In this document: positions 38,490 to 49,675 of the stretch, piece after piece
How the letters are laid out: the number at the start of each line of letters is the position of its first letter
Position numbering within the stretch: the first letter of the stretch is position 1
NCBI GenBank assembly: GCA_963695855.1
Contig: CAVOHZ010000010.1
Span: 1,504,001 to 1,568,000, forward strand
Source: an uncultured Nitrososphaerales archaeon
GTDB lineage: Archaea > Thermoproteota > Nitrososphaeria > Nitrososphaerales > Nitrososphaeraceae
DNA length: 64,000 nucleotides
Direction: 5' to 3'
Notes under the pieces: model-generated
The model's database searches: none
The model's input: only the letters and a program-made list of their open reading frames with translations
Told to the model about the DNA's origin: nothing
Program-made: the position numbers and the translations under genes

Positions 38490-41400
38490 TCAGTCCAAAT
38501 AGATCGCGGGTTTGTACGGTCTTGAAAATTTCGATCGTTGTTTTGGATCAAATCTTTGAGGATCGTTCTCTGAATAAACAATGATCTTGACAGGATTGTT
38601 TTTTGTTATTTCTGTAGATATTAACTCCTTACCATACTCAATAATAAAAGATTCATCTAATACCTTTATTTGTAATCTATTACTTCGCGACTCTGCAGAT
38701 GCTGATAGAATATCTTCAATCATCTTCTTTACTAAAGAAGGATCATGTTTAGCTTCAGAAGTTTCAGGATTATTAATAAGATTTTGCATGATATTTCCAA
38801 AATTTGTTTGGTTTTCTACTGTTATAGACGCTAGAATTTGATTGTATATTATTTGTTTTTTAATTGAAGAACAATAAATATAAACTGTACTTGGGATCTT
38901 TTTGGTTATCTTGATTATTTTGTTAATATCATCTATCAGATTCTTGATAAATTCTTCTGATTCTTCCACAAGAGGATCAATTTTTTCTTTGTAAACTATT
39001 GGCCACTTTGATAAATTAATAGATTTCTTATTACCAAATTTTTCCCAAATTTCCTCTGAAATAAAAGGAGCAAATGGAGAAAGCATCTTTATTCTTAAAG
39101 ATATAGAAAGTAAAAAAATAATATTGACATAATGGTTTTCCTTTCTTCCTTTTGAAAGTGACCATTTTTTATACCATTGAATATCCTGATCAAAAACATA
39201 TAACAAATGATGTAATGCTTCTCTCACTCTTAAAGCTTCCATAGATTCAGTAACATTATGAATGAACCTCTGTAACTTATTTATCATCCATTTATCTTCT
39301 AATTCAAGAAAATTTTCTTTTTCTTCAAGATAAGAATATAACAAATCTTCAAATTCATCGTTCCTGATAGATGATTGAAATTCCTGTAATTTCTGAATAA
39401 ATGTTTTATCTACAGAGCTTTTGTAGGACGAATCAAGAGCTTGATTATATAGGTCATATAGCTTAGACCTAATGGATTTCGCTATTTCAAATGAGAAATC
39501 GGCGTCTTGAAGAAGTTCAGCAGAAATAAGGATACATAATCTTATTGTGTCTGCTCCGTAGTTTTGGATGACTGTTCTAATTGGAATTATATTTCCTAGC
39601 GACTTGGACATTTTTTTACCTTCCATAAGTACAGAACCATTTATGACCATTTGTTTTGGCCAATATTTCTTCTCAAATATAGCTACATGATTAAAAATAA
39701 AAAAAGATAGGTGATTAGGTACTAAATCACGTCCCGAATGTCTACAATCAACGGGATAAAAATAGATAAATTCTTTTCGTAGTTTTTCTAGTAACGATTT
39801 ATCAATTTTACATCGTCTTTCAATATCATTGATATCTCCTTCACCAAATAAAATAAAATCAAAGAATGATTCATCTATTTCATCAATATATTGATTTATT
39901 GAATGGCTTTCACTATTAACAAACTTCGATATAGTATAATATGCCATATAGACTACCGAATCAGAGAGGCTTTCTATTATCCATTCGCGATCCCAAGGAA
40001 GTTTAGTACCTAATCCTGATTTTCTTGCACATGCTCGCTCTTTTAGCCAATCAACGACGTTATGAAATTCCTGTCTTAGTTCTTCAGGAATTATACTCAT
40101 AGAATCAATATAATTGTGAACTTTATTCTTCCATTCTGTATCTCCATAATTAATGAACCATTGGTCATTCAGTAGTTTTACAACACATTCACTCCCGCAT
40201 CTGCATGTGATAGGTTGATTTACAAATTCATAAAATATTTCTGCTTGGTTTTTAGCAAAAAGTAATATCTTTATTTTTTCCTTGGCATCTTTGACATCCA
40301 TTCCTGAATATATACCTGTATTAGGTAACATTATACCTTTATAATATTCAATACTATACAAATCGTTTGTTGCTTTTTCTAGAGCAGGATCCATTTGATT
40401 ATTTATACCATATTTTGAGATCACTGTTTCAACTGAAACTGTAGGAGATGATATCGAACTTTTGTTCTCGTATTCTGATCGATTTTTATTATTATCTTCA
40501 GTATGTACAGTCTTGAGTTCTATAATTTTGATTGGCTGTATTTCATTCAAGTTTAGCTCGTTTTTGTAGATATGTGGATCTTTCTTCAGATCTTTTATTG
40601 CTTGATAGTCAAATGGAGCATGACTAGGTACAGACATAACTATACCAGTACCGGTATCAGGTAAAACGAAATTTGCAGGAAAGATCTGGATATTCTTTTC
40701 ACAGATAGGACTAATGACATTTTTACCGATCAGATTTTTTCCACTTACAACATTTAAAATTTTAATATTATGATTAAGAAATTCTAACTTTTTTCTGGCT
40801 TCTCTGGTTACAATCCATCTTTCTTGGTCAATTTCTATCTCGATATAATCAATATCTGGATTTATCCATAAATTAGTAACCCCAAAAATTGTTTCTGGTC
40901 TTAATGTTACAACTGGAAGAAAAATTTCGCTATTCGATAATCTGAACTTTATCAAAATGTATTCATTAAATTCAGGTTCTACATCACCAACTGTATCATG
41001 TTGGCTGACGGGGTTATTATCTTTAGGACACCACCCTACAGGATGTGATCCTTGGACGATCAATCCTTTTTTTTGTAATATTTTAAATTGCCAGGTAATA
41101 AACTTGAAATATAACTTATCAATAGTTGTGAATTCCCTTCTCCAATCTATGGAATATCCCATATCTTGCATTCCTAGCTTAATTTCATTATGAAAATACC
41201 TAGCTATTTTTTCAGGATCTGAAAAAGTTTTGATAATTTCCTCTGGAACATTATAAATATTTTTAAAAGTTTGAATTAGATCTTTATCACCAGATATCAC
41301 TCTTTTTGACATGGCCAAAATGGGGGTCCCAGTATAATGAAAAGCCATTGGAAACAACACGTTGTTTCCTTTCATTCTCATATAACGAGCATGTACATCC

Positions 41401-41594
41401 GCTAGTGTGTATGTTCTGCCATGTCCTATATGCTGAGGAGAATTTGGGTAAGGAAAAGCAACGGTAATGAAATATTTTTTTATTTTGTTGTCATCGGGAT
41501 CTGTGTCAAAAAGTTTTTGCTCATTCCATTTGGACTTCCATTTTGTTTCTATTTGATTCCATTCTAACTTTGATTCAGATTCATTAAAATTCAT
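38490..41594 (-). CDS. leuS: Leucine--tRNA ligase
   Basis: HIGH and KMSKS, archaeal LeuRS editing domain (GTGIVMSVPSHAPFD). Confidence 0.96.
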   Translation of the reverse strand: MNFNESESKLEWNQIETKWKSKWNEQKLFDTDPDDNKIKKYFITVAFPYPNSPQHIGHGRTYTLADVHARYMRMKGNNVLFPMAFHYTGTPILAMSKRVISGDKDLIQTFKNIYNVPEEIIKTFSDPEKIARYFHNEIKLGMQDMGYSIDWRREFTTIDKLYFKFITWQFKILQKKGLIVQGSHPVGWCPKDNNPVSQHDTVGDVEPEFNEYILIKFRLSNSEIFLPVVTLRPETIFGVTNLWINPDIDYIEIEIDQERWIVTREARKKLEFLNHNIKILNVVSGKNLIGKNVISPICEKNIQIFPANFVLPDTGTGIVMSVPSHAPFDYQAIKDLKKDPHIYKNELNLNEIQPIKIIELKTVHTEDNNKNRSEYENKSSISSPTVSVETVISKYGINNQMDPALEKATNDLYSIEYYKGIMLPNTGIYSGMDVKDAKEKIKILLFAKNQAEIFYEFVNQPITCRCGSECVVKLLNDQWFINYGDTEWKNKVHNYIDSMSIIPEELRQEFHNVVDWLKERACARKSGLGTKLPWDREWIIESLSDSVVYMAYYTISKFVNSESHSINQYIDEIDESFFDFILFGEGDINDIERRCKIDKSLLEKLRKEFIYFYPVDCRHSGRDLVPNHLSFFIFNHVAIFEKKYWPKQMVINGSVLMEGKKMSKSLGNIIPIRTVIQNYGADTIRLCILISAELLQDADFSFEIAKSIRSKLYDLYNQALDSSYKSSVDKTFIQKLQEFQSSIRNDEFEDLLYSYLEEKENFLELEDKWMINKLQRFIHNVTESMEALRVREALHHLLYVFDQDIQWYKKWSLSKGRKENHYVNIIFLLSISLRIKMLSPFAPFISEEIWEKFGNKKSINLSKWPIVYKEKIDPLVEESEEFIKNLIDDINKIIKITKKIPSTVYIYCSSIKKQIIYNQILASITVENQTNFGNIMQNLINNPETSEAKHDPSLVKKMIEDILSASAESRSNRLQIKVLDESFIIEYGKELISTEITKNNPVKIIVYSENDPQRFDPKQRSKFSRPYKPAIYLD

Positions 41595-41601
41595 ATTTTT
41601 C

Positions 41602-44349
41602 TCAACCTATTTCAGTGGTGTTAACATATCTTTCTGCTAAATTAATTATCTCATCAATTTTATCTTTAAATTTGCCTCCTCCTTGTCCAAATTTAGAGTC
41701 TCCTCCACCAGAACCTCCTAACCTAACAGAAAAATCCTTGGCAATTTTGCCCGCATGATAACCATATCTTCTTGCTTCTTCACCTACGAACACTATTACC
41801 CGTATTCCATTTTCTTTAGATATCAGAGATGCATATAACAGAAGGGGATCCAATTCTATGGATTTTTCACCAATAACAATATGATATTCTTCATCTAATT
41901 CATCATCAAAAGTAGAATATAACTTTACACCTTGATCTGATATTTGCTTCCCATTATGAGACACATTTTGTGCAAGTACTGGAGCAATTTTTCTCATAAT
42001 GACTTTTAGCTTTGTTTTTAATTTTTCAGATTCATAGAAATATCGCTGAAAGGATTCTGTCAATCTTTCTTTACTAGATCCTAATGTGTGTGTGATAAGA
42101 GAAATGTTGCGATCTTGGTTTTTGATAAAATCTATTGCAGATTGACCTGCTACAAATTCCAATCTTACAACACCATCTTGAATTCTTTCTGATTTTAGGA
42201 TTTTTATTAATCCTATTTCACCAGTTTTACTAACGTGTGTACCTCCACAAGCTTCAATATCAAAATTACTTATATTCACTATTCTAACATTGTTAGATGG
42301 AACAACACCTCCTTGATATATCCTAAAAGAGAATTTTCGTTCACTTTCTCCTCTTTCATATTCTTTGATATTAACATCAAGGTTCTTCATGACTATATCA
42401 TTAGCAGTATTTTCAATCCTTTCTACCTGCTCTTTAGTTAGAGCAGAATGATGTGTTATATCAAGTCGCCCATAATTTACATCCTTAAACGCTGAATTTT
42501 GCCATACCCAAGATCCAAGATTAGATCTTGATGATGAATTTAATATGTGAGTCGCAGTATGATGTTTGGTGATGGAATCACGTCTTTTGGAATCGATCCT
42601 ACAATTTACAATCAAACCTTCTTTAATAGAAGATAATTTTTCTAATCTGTGAATAACAAGATCTCTATGTTTAACAACCTCTAATACTTTTGAGTCAGAT
42701 ATAATTCCGTTATCTGGTTCCTGACCCCCTCCCCTAGGATAAAATGCTGTTTTATCCAATATTACATAGTTTCCGTTAATAATTTTAACGACTTTGGCTG
42801 AAAAATCTCTTATAAGAGGATCTTCATAATATAGCAGTTTTGTTGGAGGTAATTGTTCATCAAATCCCTTTAAAGGGTCCAAAGTATTTGATTTTTGAGT
42901 ATAACTGTGGAGCTCCGCTAATTTGACATAAAAATTGGACGGTATTTCCGTTATGACTTTAACTTCCTTTAGAAAATCTGGTGTAATACCATCAGATTCA
43001 TACAACGTTATAAGTTCTTCTACAGTAAGTTGTTTTTGTGTCCTTTTTATATCATTAGCAATATCATTCATGCGATCTCTAGTACTACTATATCTTTCTG
43101 ATTCCAACTTGAGAATTGTATGAACTTCCTTCTGATATTCTTCTAATTCAGGATACATATTTTTTAGGTATCTTATATGTAGATCCATTAATTCTTCAAT
43201 TTTTATATCCCACGCAAATCTTTCAATTATTGAAAGGATTCTTCGCAAGAGAATTCTTAAATTATAACCACCTCCTACATTTGATGGTAGAGAACCATCA
43301 GAAATAGCAAATAGAAGTGTTCTACTGTGATCAGCTATAGTATAAATTGCCTCATATGGGGAAACAATTTTATCGAGCTGTTCGAATGAAATATTCATTT
43401 CTTTGGCAATTCTTTGTTTTAGAATTTTGATCTTATTGGATTGAGAATCAGCCATATCATTAAAGTTCTTTGAGACTAACTTGAAGTAATTTGAGAGTAA
43501 TTCTTTATCTTTATCCGCTCCCGTAAGATTCTCCATATATTGGATAACAGATCCGAAACAACAATCATAGCTTGTTGGCGTTCCCATAGTTATCCACGAA
43601 AATCTTTCTAGTCCTGCACCCATGTCAATAATTTTGTTCTTCATTATTCTGTAATTGTTTTCATCTCCTTCAAATTCAGTGAATACAGCGTTTCCAAGTT
43701 CTAAACCGCGAACAAAATATTCTAGAGAATATCCAAAAGCTCCAGCTCCCATCCAGACATCCTCTACAAAGGTTATCTCGTTTTGATTTATTCCCAAAAC
43801 TTTTGTAAGTAGATTAAAATCTAATTCAATACATCTATCTTTCCAATAACCTCCAGGAGTATTCGCATTACATGTTTGACCTATCATACAAAAACTAGTA
43901 TAATGTCTTCCACTTACCCCAACATTTTCAACGTCATTGAATCTCAAACACATTTGGGGTACAACTAGAGGATTTGATGGTAATTCAAAAATAACTTTAT
44001 CGCCAATTATTCTTTGAAAATCTACGATTGACGCGATCGTGAAATAGAGATCTTCACGCCATCTACAAACTACTGGATATCTTCTGACTATCGAGTGTTT
44101 TTGTGATCTGAAATATTTTTCTACCTCTTTCCAAGCATTAACATAATCAAACCTTTTAGTAGTAGGAGAATTTCCAATAAAATCATATTTTTCATGATCT
44201 GGACATACCTCTTTATCTAAGATAGACCAGAAGAATTTTCCACAGTTTACACAATTATGGCGTTTGAATCCTACTCTATCAAATAATGAAACCCTATAAT
44301 ATTTATCAGGATCGGATGAAAATAGAGTAGATATTTCTTTCTTGCCCAA
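41602..44349 (-). CDS. alaS: Alanine--tRNA ligase
   Basis: IDMGAGLER, HTATH, CGGTH, GGSGGG. Confidence 0.96.
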   Translation of the reverse strand: MGKKEISTLFSSDPDKYYRVSLFDRVGFKRHNCVNCGKFFWSILDKEVCPDHEKYDFIGNSPTTKRFDYVNAWKEVEKYFRSQKHSIVRRYPVVCRWREDLYFTIASIVDFQRIIGDKVIFELPSNPLVVPQMCLRFNDVENVGVSGRHYTSFCMIGQTCNANTPGGYWKDRCIELDFNLLTKVLGINQNEITFVEDVWMGAGAFGYSLEYFVRGLELGNAVFTEFEGDENNYRIMKNKIIDMGAGLERFSWITMGTPTSYDCCFGSVIQYMENLTGADKDKELLSNYFKLVSKNFNDMADSQSNKIKILKQRIAKEMNISFEQLDKIVSPYEAIYTIADHSRTLLFAISDGSLPSNVGGGYNLRILLRRILSIIERFAWDIKIEELMDLHIRYLKNMYPELEEYQKEVHTILKLESERYSSTRDRMNDIANDIKRTQKQLTVEELITLYESDGITPDFLKEVKVITEIPSNFYVKLAELHSYTQKSNTLDPLKGFDEQLPPTKLLYYEDPLIRDFSAKVVKIINGNYVILDKTAFYPRGGGQEPDNGIISDSKVLEVVKHRDLVIHRLEKLSSIKEGLIVNCRIDSKRRDSITKHHTATHILNSSSRSNLGSWVWQNSAFKDVNYGRLDITHHSALTKEQVERIENTANDIVMKNLDVNIKEYERGESERKFSFRIYQGGVVPSNNVRIVNISNFDIEACGGTHVSKTGEIGLIKILKSERIQDGVVRLEFVAGQSAIDFIKNQDRNISLITHTLGSSKERLTESFQRYFYESEKLKTKLKVIMRKIAPVLAQNVSHNGKQISDQGVKLYSTFDDELDEEYHIVIGEKSIELDPLLLYASLISKENGIRVIVFVGEEARRYGYHAGKIAKDFSVRLGGSGGGDSKFGQGGGKFKDKIDEIINLAERYVNTTEIG

Positions 44350-44441
44350 CTAATGCTACGGATATAATAGTCTATATTAATGCCTTTTTGAAAAATATTT
44401 TAAAAAAAATTAAGAAATGAATTGAAAGAAAATAAGAGTAG

Positions 44442-44783
44442 CTAGTTCTTTGCAAGCGATTCTTCAATAAATTTTTGATAAGCTTCTTTAGGCGCCGCAC
44501 CTACCGTTCTTGCAATCTCATTTCCATTTTTAAATAACAATAGCGAAGGGATGGAATGGATACCGTATTTTACAGCAATCTCTTGGTTTTCATCAACGTT
44601 GACCTTTGCAATTTTAACTTTTCCATCTAGAATTTTTGAAAGTTGTTCTACTGCTGGACCCACCATTCTACATGGACCACACCATTCTGCCCAAAAATCA
44701 ACAAAAACAGGTAATTGGGAATTTATCACTTCTGCTTCCCAAGAATCCTTATCTACATGAAGTAGATTCTCATAGTTCCCCAT
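44442..44783 (-). CDS. trxA: Thioredoxin
   Basis: WCGPC. Confidence 0.97.
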   Translation of the reverse strand: MGNYENLLHVDKDSWEAEVINSQLPVFVDFWAEWCGPCRMVGPAVEQLSKILDGKVKIAKVNVDENQEIAVKYGIHSIPSLLLFKNGNEIARTVGAAPKEAYQKFIEESLAKN

Positions 44784-45042
44784 AATCTGAAAATATGAAT
44801 AAGGATATTTGAACTATACTAATAAAAAAATATAATTTTAAAAATAGTCTGTGATTATAGATAGTTTTTTACTAATAATTTAACACGACTTTAAATTTAT
44901 CTTTTATTGAAAATAATTTTTGCCGGAAAAAGAAATTTGCTGGTGAATTTATGAATTGTATAATTAAATTCTTTGATAACTCCGTAAAGCACTATATAAA
45001 AAATAAATTAGTGTTGTATAAACCTTATACAATATCTAGGTT

Positions 45043-46410
45043 TTGAAATTGGATGAAATGTTAAAGGAAGAAGAATTGGGAAAATGGAGAAAAAATCAAT
45101 ATTCTTCTGACATTGACCATTCCTTTGAAGGAAAAATTGTTACTTTGATGGGATGGGTTTCAAGTGTTAGAGATCATGGAAATATTCAATTTATAATGTT
45201 AAGAGACAAGCAAGGAGATTTACAAGTTATAGCTAAAAAAGGACAATGTTCAGACGATATATATTATCAAATATCCAAAATAAGGGAACATACTTCTATG
45301 GCCATTCGTGGAAAGGTAATATCACAGAAAAAGGCTCCAAACGGTGTAGAGATAATGCCGCTTGAGCTTAAAATATTTTCTATTCCTATTAAAGCGCCTC
45401 CATTTATGATTCAACATAAGGATCCAGCTGGTATAGATACAAGATTAGATTTTAGAGCTATTGATCTCAGAAGAAAACATCTGCAAAATATTTTTATTAT
45501 TCGAGATTCTGTCCTAAAATTTACTAGAGAATTTTTAGCTAATGAAAGATTTATAGAAGTTAACACTCCAAAGATTATTGCCACAGCATCTGAAGGAGGT
45601 ACAGCATTATTTCCAATATTTTACTATGACAGAGAAGCATTTATGGCACAGAGTCCTCAGATATACAAAGAACAATTGACATTATCTTTTGAGAATGTTT
45701 TTGAAATAGGTCCTATCTTTAGGGCAGAACCCTCTCGTACAAATAGACACTTATCTGAAGCTACTTCTATAGATATCGAAAAAGCTTTTGTGGATTATAA
45801 TGATATCATGACAATGTTGGAAAAATTTATCAAATATGTAATAAAGTCATTAAAGGAAAATAACTCGAAAGAAATTGCCGAGCTTGAAATAGATTCACAT
45901 ATTATCAACAATTTAATGATTGATAATACTGGTACTGAATCTTTCCCCAGATACAAATATTCAGATATGATAGAAAGATTAAGAGAATCTGATGAGAGGA
46001 TTAGATGGGGAGATGATATCTCACCGCAGCTCATTAACAAACTTGAAGATGAGAAGTTAAATGGATTTTACTTTATAGTGGATTGGCCATCATCTACGAA
46101 ACCATTTTATGTTAAAGAAAAGTTATTAGATCCTAAAATTTGCGAGTCATTTGATTTAATGTATGGTTCTTTAGAAATATCTTCTGGAAGTACAAGAATT
46201 AGTAATAAAGATATTCTTGTAAACAGGATGAAAAAAAAAGGCCTCAATTTGAATTCCTTTGATTATCATTTGCGTATTTTTGATTATGGAGTACCTCCTC
46301 ATGCAGGATGTGGTATAGGTCTTGAAAGATTATTAATGACGATTACTAAGGTAGATAATATTAGAGATACTATATTATATCCAAGAGATATTGATAGATT
46401 ATCTCCTTAA
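45043..46410 (+). CDS. aspS: Aspartate--tRNA(Asp/Asn) ligase, archaeal type
   Basis: QSPQ.YK, FRAE, GVPPHAG.G.GLER; adjacent to gatCAB. Confidence 0.95.
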   Translation: MKLDEMLKEEELGKWRKNQYSSDIDHSFEGKIVTLMGWVSSVRDHGNIQFIMLRDKQGDLQVIAKKGQCSDDIYYQISKIREHTSMAIRGKVISQKKAPNGVEIMPLELKIFSIPIKAPPFMIQHKDPAGIDTRLDFRAIDLRRKHLQNIFIIRDSVLKFTREFLANERFIEVNTPKIIATASEGGTALFPIFYYDREAFMAQSPQIYKEQLTLSFENVFEIGPIFRAEPSRTNRHLSEATSIDIEKAFVDYNDIMTMLEKFIKYVIKSLKENNSKEIAELEIDSHIINNLMIDNTGTESFPRYKYSDMIERLRESDERIRWGDDISPQLINKLEDEKLNGFYFIVDWPSSTKPFYVKEKLLDPKICESFDLMYGSLEISSGSTRISNKDILVNRMKKKGLNLNSFDYHLRIFDYGVPPHAGCGIGLERLLMTITKVDNIRDTILYPRDIDRLSP

Positions 46411-46429
46411 TGAATAGGATCTTTAGAAT

Positions 46430-46702
46430 ATGATCACAAAAGACGAACTTAAGCATCTCAGTAAACTTTCCAAAATAGAACTATCTGAAGAAGAGTATGA
46501 AATATATGTAAAACAGATTGAAAAGATTGTTGGATATTTGGATAAATTAGATCAAATATCTTTAAATGAAATAGAGTCATATTCAATGATAAAGAAAATT
46601 TCAGATTTAAGAGATGATGAAGTTAATGAATTTGATAGAGACATACAGAAGGTCATAAAAAATAAAAAAGACAAATTTGTCAGAGGTCCACAGATGAATT
46701 AG
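46430..46702 (+). CDS. gatC: Asp/Glu-tRNA amidotransferase subunit C
   Basis: Size, LSKIEL and LRDD motifs, operon context. Confidence 0.9.
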   Translation: MITKDELKHLSKLSKIELSEEEYEIYVKQIEKIVGYLDKLDQISLNEIESYSMIKKISDLRDDEVNEFDRDIQKVIKNKKDKFVRGPQMN

Positions 46703-46703
46703 T

Positions 46704-48161
46704 ATGTCAAATCTGCCAAAATTAGATGTTCAGGGTGTAGTAGAGGGTATTAGAAATAGATATTTTACTGCTGAAGAATATGTTTCTTCGTTACTGGATA
46801 GAATAGAAAAGATAGACAAAAAGATTAATGCATTTATAACACTTAATAAGAATGCCTTAAACCAAGCAAAAGAGATCGATAAAAAGATAAAAAGGGGAGA
46901 TCCTGTTGGGTCTTTAGCTGGAATAGGTATAGGAATTAAAGATAATATAAGTACAATAAATCTAAAAACTACCTGTGCCTCTAAAATGTTATCAGAATAT
47001 GTTCCCCCATATAATGCCACCGTAGTAAAAAGACTGCTAGACAAGGATGCAATAATTATAGGAAAGGTAAACTTGGATGAATTTGCTATGGGATCAACTA
47101 CAGAATGGAGTTTTTTTGGTTTGACACGAAATCCATGGAAGACAGATTATGTTTGTGGAGGGTCTTCTGGGGGAAGTGCAGCAAGTGTTGCAGCACAAAT
47201 GTGTACTGTATCACTAGGTTCAGACACCGGGGGATCGATACGATGTCCATCCAGTTTTTGTTCTGTCGTAGGATTGAAACCTACATATGGTTTGGTTAGT
47301 AGATACGGCCTTATTTCATATTCTAATAGCTTGGAACAAATTGGTCCTATTGGTAAAAATGTTTCAGATGTCAGAGAAATATTTTCTATCATTTCTGGAA
47401 AAGACTTTAATGATAATACTACTTTAGACAACAACATATATAATCGTAATACAGTAAATAATAAATCATACAATAATAAGAAGATAAAAATAGGATTAAT
47501 AAAAGAATTAATTGACGGAGCTGATGTAGATGTTTCCAAGTGTGTTTATTCTTCAATGGACGTTTTTAAGAATCTAGACTTTGAGTGTGAAGAGACCTCA
47601 TTGAAATCTACAGAATATGCACTTGCCTCATATTACACTATAGCCACAGCCGAAGCTAGCAGTAACCTTGCAAGATATGATAACATACGATATGGTTTTG
47701 AATTAGATCCTGAGGAATATGAATGGAATGTTTATTTTTCAAAAGCAAGAGGAAATTTTGGAAATGAGGTTAAACGTAGAATAATAGTTGGTACATATGT
47801 ATTGTCTTCTGGATACTATGGAAAATATTACCTTAAAGCCCAGAAAGCTAGATCTATGATAAAGACGGAATTAAAGCAATTGTTCAAGAAATATGATTTA
47901 TTACTATCTTCAACTGTTCCTGTTCTTCCGTTTAAAATTGGAGAAAAGATAGATGATCCACTGATGATGTATCTGATAGATGTAAATACCGTTTTAGCCA
48001 ATTTATCTGGCATTCCCGCTATATCTATTCCTGCTGGACTCAAAGATGGTCTTCCGATAGGAATTCAAATAATGGCAGATGAATTGCAGGAAGATAAACT
48101 ATTTAATTCAAGTGAATTATTTGAAAAATCTATTAATATTAATTCATATCCAGATCTATAA
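46704..48161 (+). CDS. gatA: Asp/Glu-tRNA amidotransferase subunit A
   Basis: Amidase signature GGSSGGS...GSDTGGSIR. Confidence 0.96.
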   Translation: MSNLPKLDVQGVVEGIRNRYFTAEEYVSSLLDRIEKIDKKINAFITLNKNALNQAKEIDKKIKRGDPVGSLAGIGIGIKDNISTINLKTTCASKMLSEYVPPYNATVVKRLLDKDAIIIGKVNLDEFAMGSTTEWSFFGLTRNPWKTDYVCGGSSGGSAASVAAQMCTVSLGSDTGGSIRCPSSFCSVVGLKPTYGLVSRYGLISYSNSLEQIGPIGKNVSDVREIFSIISGKDFNDNTTLDNNIYNRNTVNNKSYNNKKIKIGLIKELIDGADVDVSKCVYSSMDVFKNLDFECEETSLKSTEYALASYYTIATAEASSNLARYDNIRYGFELDPEEYEWNVYFSKARGNFGNEVKRRIIVGTYVLSSGYYGKYYLKAQKARSMIKTELKQLFKKYDLLLSSTVPVLPFKIGEKIDDPLMMYLIDVNTVLANLSGIPAISIPAGLKDGLPIGIQIMADELQEDKLFNSSELFEKSININSYPDL

Positions 48162-49585
48162 TGGTCCTTCCAGTTAAAATTGGTCTTGAGATACACTGCC
48201 AGCTAACAGAATTGAATAGTAAATTATTTTGTTCGTGCTATTCAAACTATCGAGGAAAAGACATCAACGAAAATATATGTCCAGTCTGTATAGGTTTACC
48301 AGGAAGTCTGCCTATTTTGAATAAAAAGGCATTAGAACATGCCATCATGATCTCGAAAGCCCTAAATTGTAAAGTACCAGAAATAACTATGTTTTCAAGG
48401 AAAAATTACTTTTATCCTGATCTGCCAAAAAATTTTCAGATTACACAATATGATTCCAATGAAACCGATACTAGTATTGGTAAAAATGGTATTGTATTCT
48501 ATGGAAATAACAAAAAGACAAGAATTAGAAGAATTCAATTAGAGGAGGACCCAGGTCGGCTTATTTTTGAAGAGGGTAGACAACAAGCATTAATTGATTA
48601 CAATAGATCTGGTGTTGCACTTGTAGAAATAGTAACTGAACCTGATTTTACTGACCCAAAAGATGTAAGATTATTTCTCAATAAAATGACTTCAATACTA
48701 GAACATTTAGGTGTATGTCATACAGACTTGGAAGGATCTGTTAGATGTGACGCCAATGTTTCTATTGGAGATGGAAAAAAAGTTGAAATAAAAAATGTTG
48801 GATCGTTCGGAGATGTAGAGAAAGCCCTTGCGTACGAGATAACAAGACAGCAAACAATGAATTTACATGAGATTGAGATAAAGGCAGAAACTCGTCATTG
48901 GGATGATAAAAGGAAGATAACAAAGCAATCAAGATCGAAAGAAGAAGAAGAAGATTATCGGTATTTTCTAGAACCGGATATACCAAAAATCATGGTGGAA
49001 GAAAAATACATTGCTTCTCTCCAGATTCCAGAACTTCCGGATGATAGAAAATCTAGATTTATTAATAACTTCGGATTATCAGAACATGTATCCCAAATAC
49101 TTATCGATAATAAGGAATTAGGAGACCTCTTTGAATCTGCTGTCAATATATATAATTCTCCGGTATCAATATCAAATTGGATAGTTAGTGATATTTTGGC
49201 TTTCGCGGATTATGATTCATCTGGGAAAAAGTCTCTAAAAAAGATGAAGATCAATGCTAACCATATCGCAGAAATTGCAAAATTGGTTGATAATAACAAA
49301 ATTAATAGAACAACTGCTAAAAATATTATTGGCAAAATTATTAAAACTGGAGAATTGCCTTCAAAGTTAATAAATGGAAAAGAGGTTACTATGATTACAG
49401 ATGAACAAATCCTCAATGAAACGATTAACAAAATATTTGAGGAGGGAAGAAATGTAGTAATTGATACAAAAAAAAATATCAATGCCATTAATTTTCTATT
49501 GGGAAAAGTGATGATGGCTACTCGCGGAAGAGCAGATCCTAAGATTACTATGAAGTTAATAAGAAAAAAATTAGAACAAATTTAG
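48161..49585 (+). CDS. gatB: Asp/Glu-tRNA amidotransferase subunit B
   Basis: IGLEIH, RKNYFYPDLPK, DYRYF. Confidence 0.96.
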   Translation: MVLPVKIGLEIHCQLTELNSKLFCSCYSNYRGKDINENICPVCIGLPGSLPILNKKALEHAIMISKALNCKVPEITMFSRKNYFYPDLPKNFQITQYDSNETDTSIGKNGIVFYGNNKKTRIRRIQLEEDPGRLIFEEGRQQALIDYNRSGVALVEIVTEPDFTDPKDVRLFLNKMTSILEHLGVCHTDLEGSVRCDANVSIGDGKKVEIKNVGSFGDVEKALAYEITRQQTMNLHEIEIKAETRHWDDKRKITKQSRSKEEEEDYRYFLEPDIPKIMVEEKYIASLQIPELPDDRKSRFINNFGLSEHVSQILIDNKELGDLFESAVNIYNSPVSISNWIVSDILAFADYDSSGKKSLKKMKINANHIAEIAKLVDNNKINRTTAKNIIGKIIKTGELPSKLINGKEVTMITDEQILNETINKIFEEGRNVVIDTKKNINAINFLLGKVMMATRGRADPKITMKLIRKKLEQI

Positions 49586-49675
49586 AATTAAAATATCAAA
49601 TAAAAAAATAAATTAGCGTTACCAAAAAAATGTAATGGATCCAAGAACAATATTTCCTCGACTAAAGTACTACCT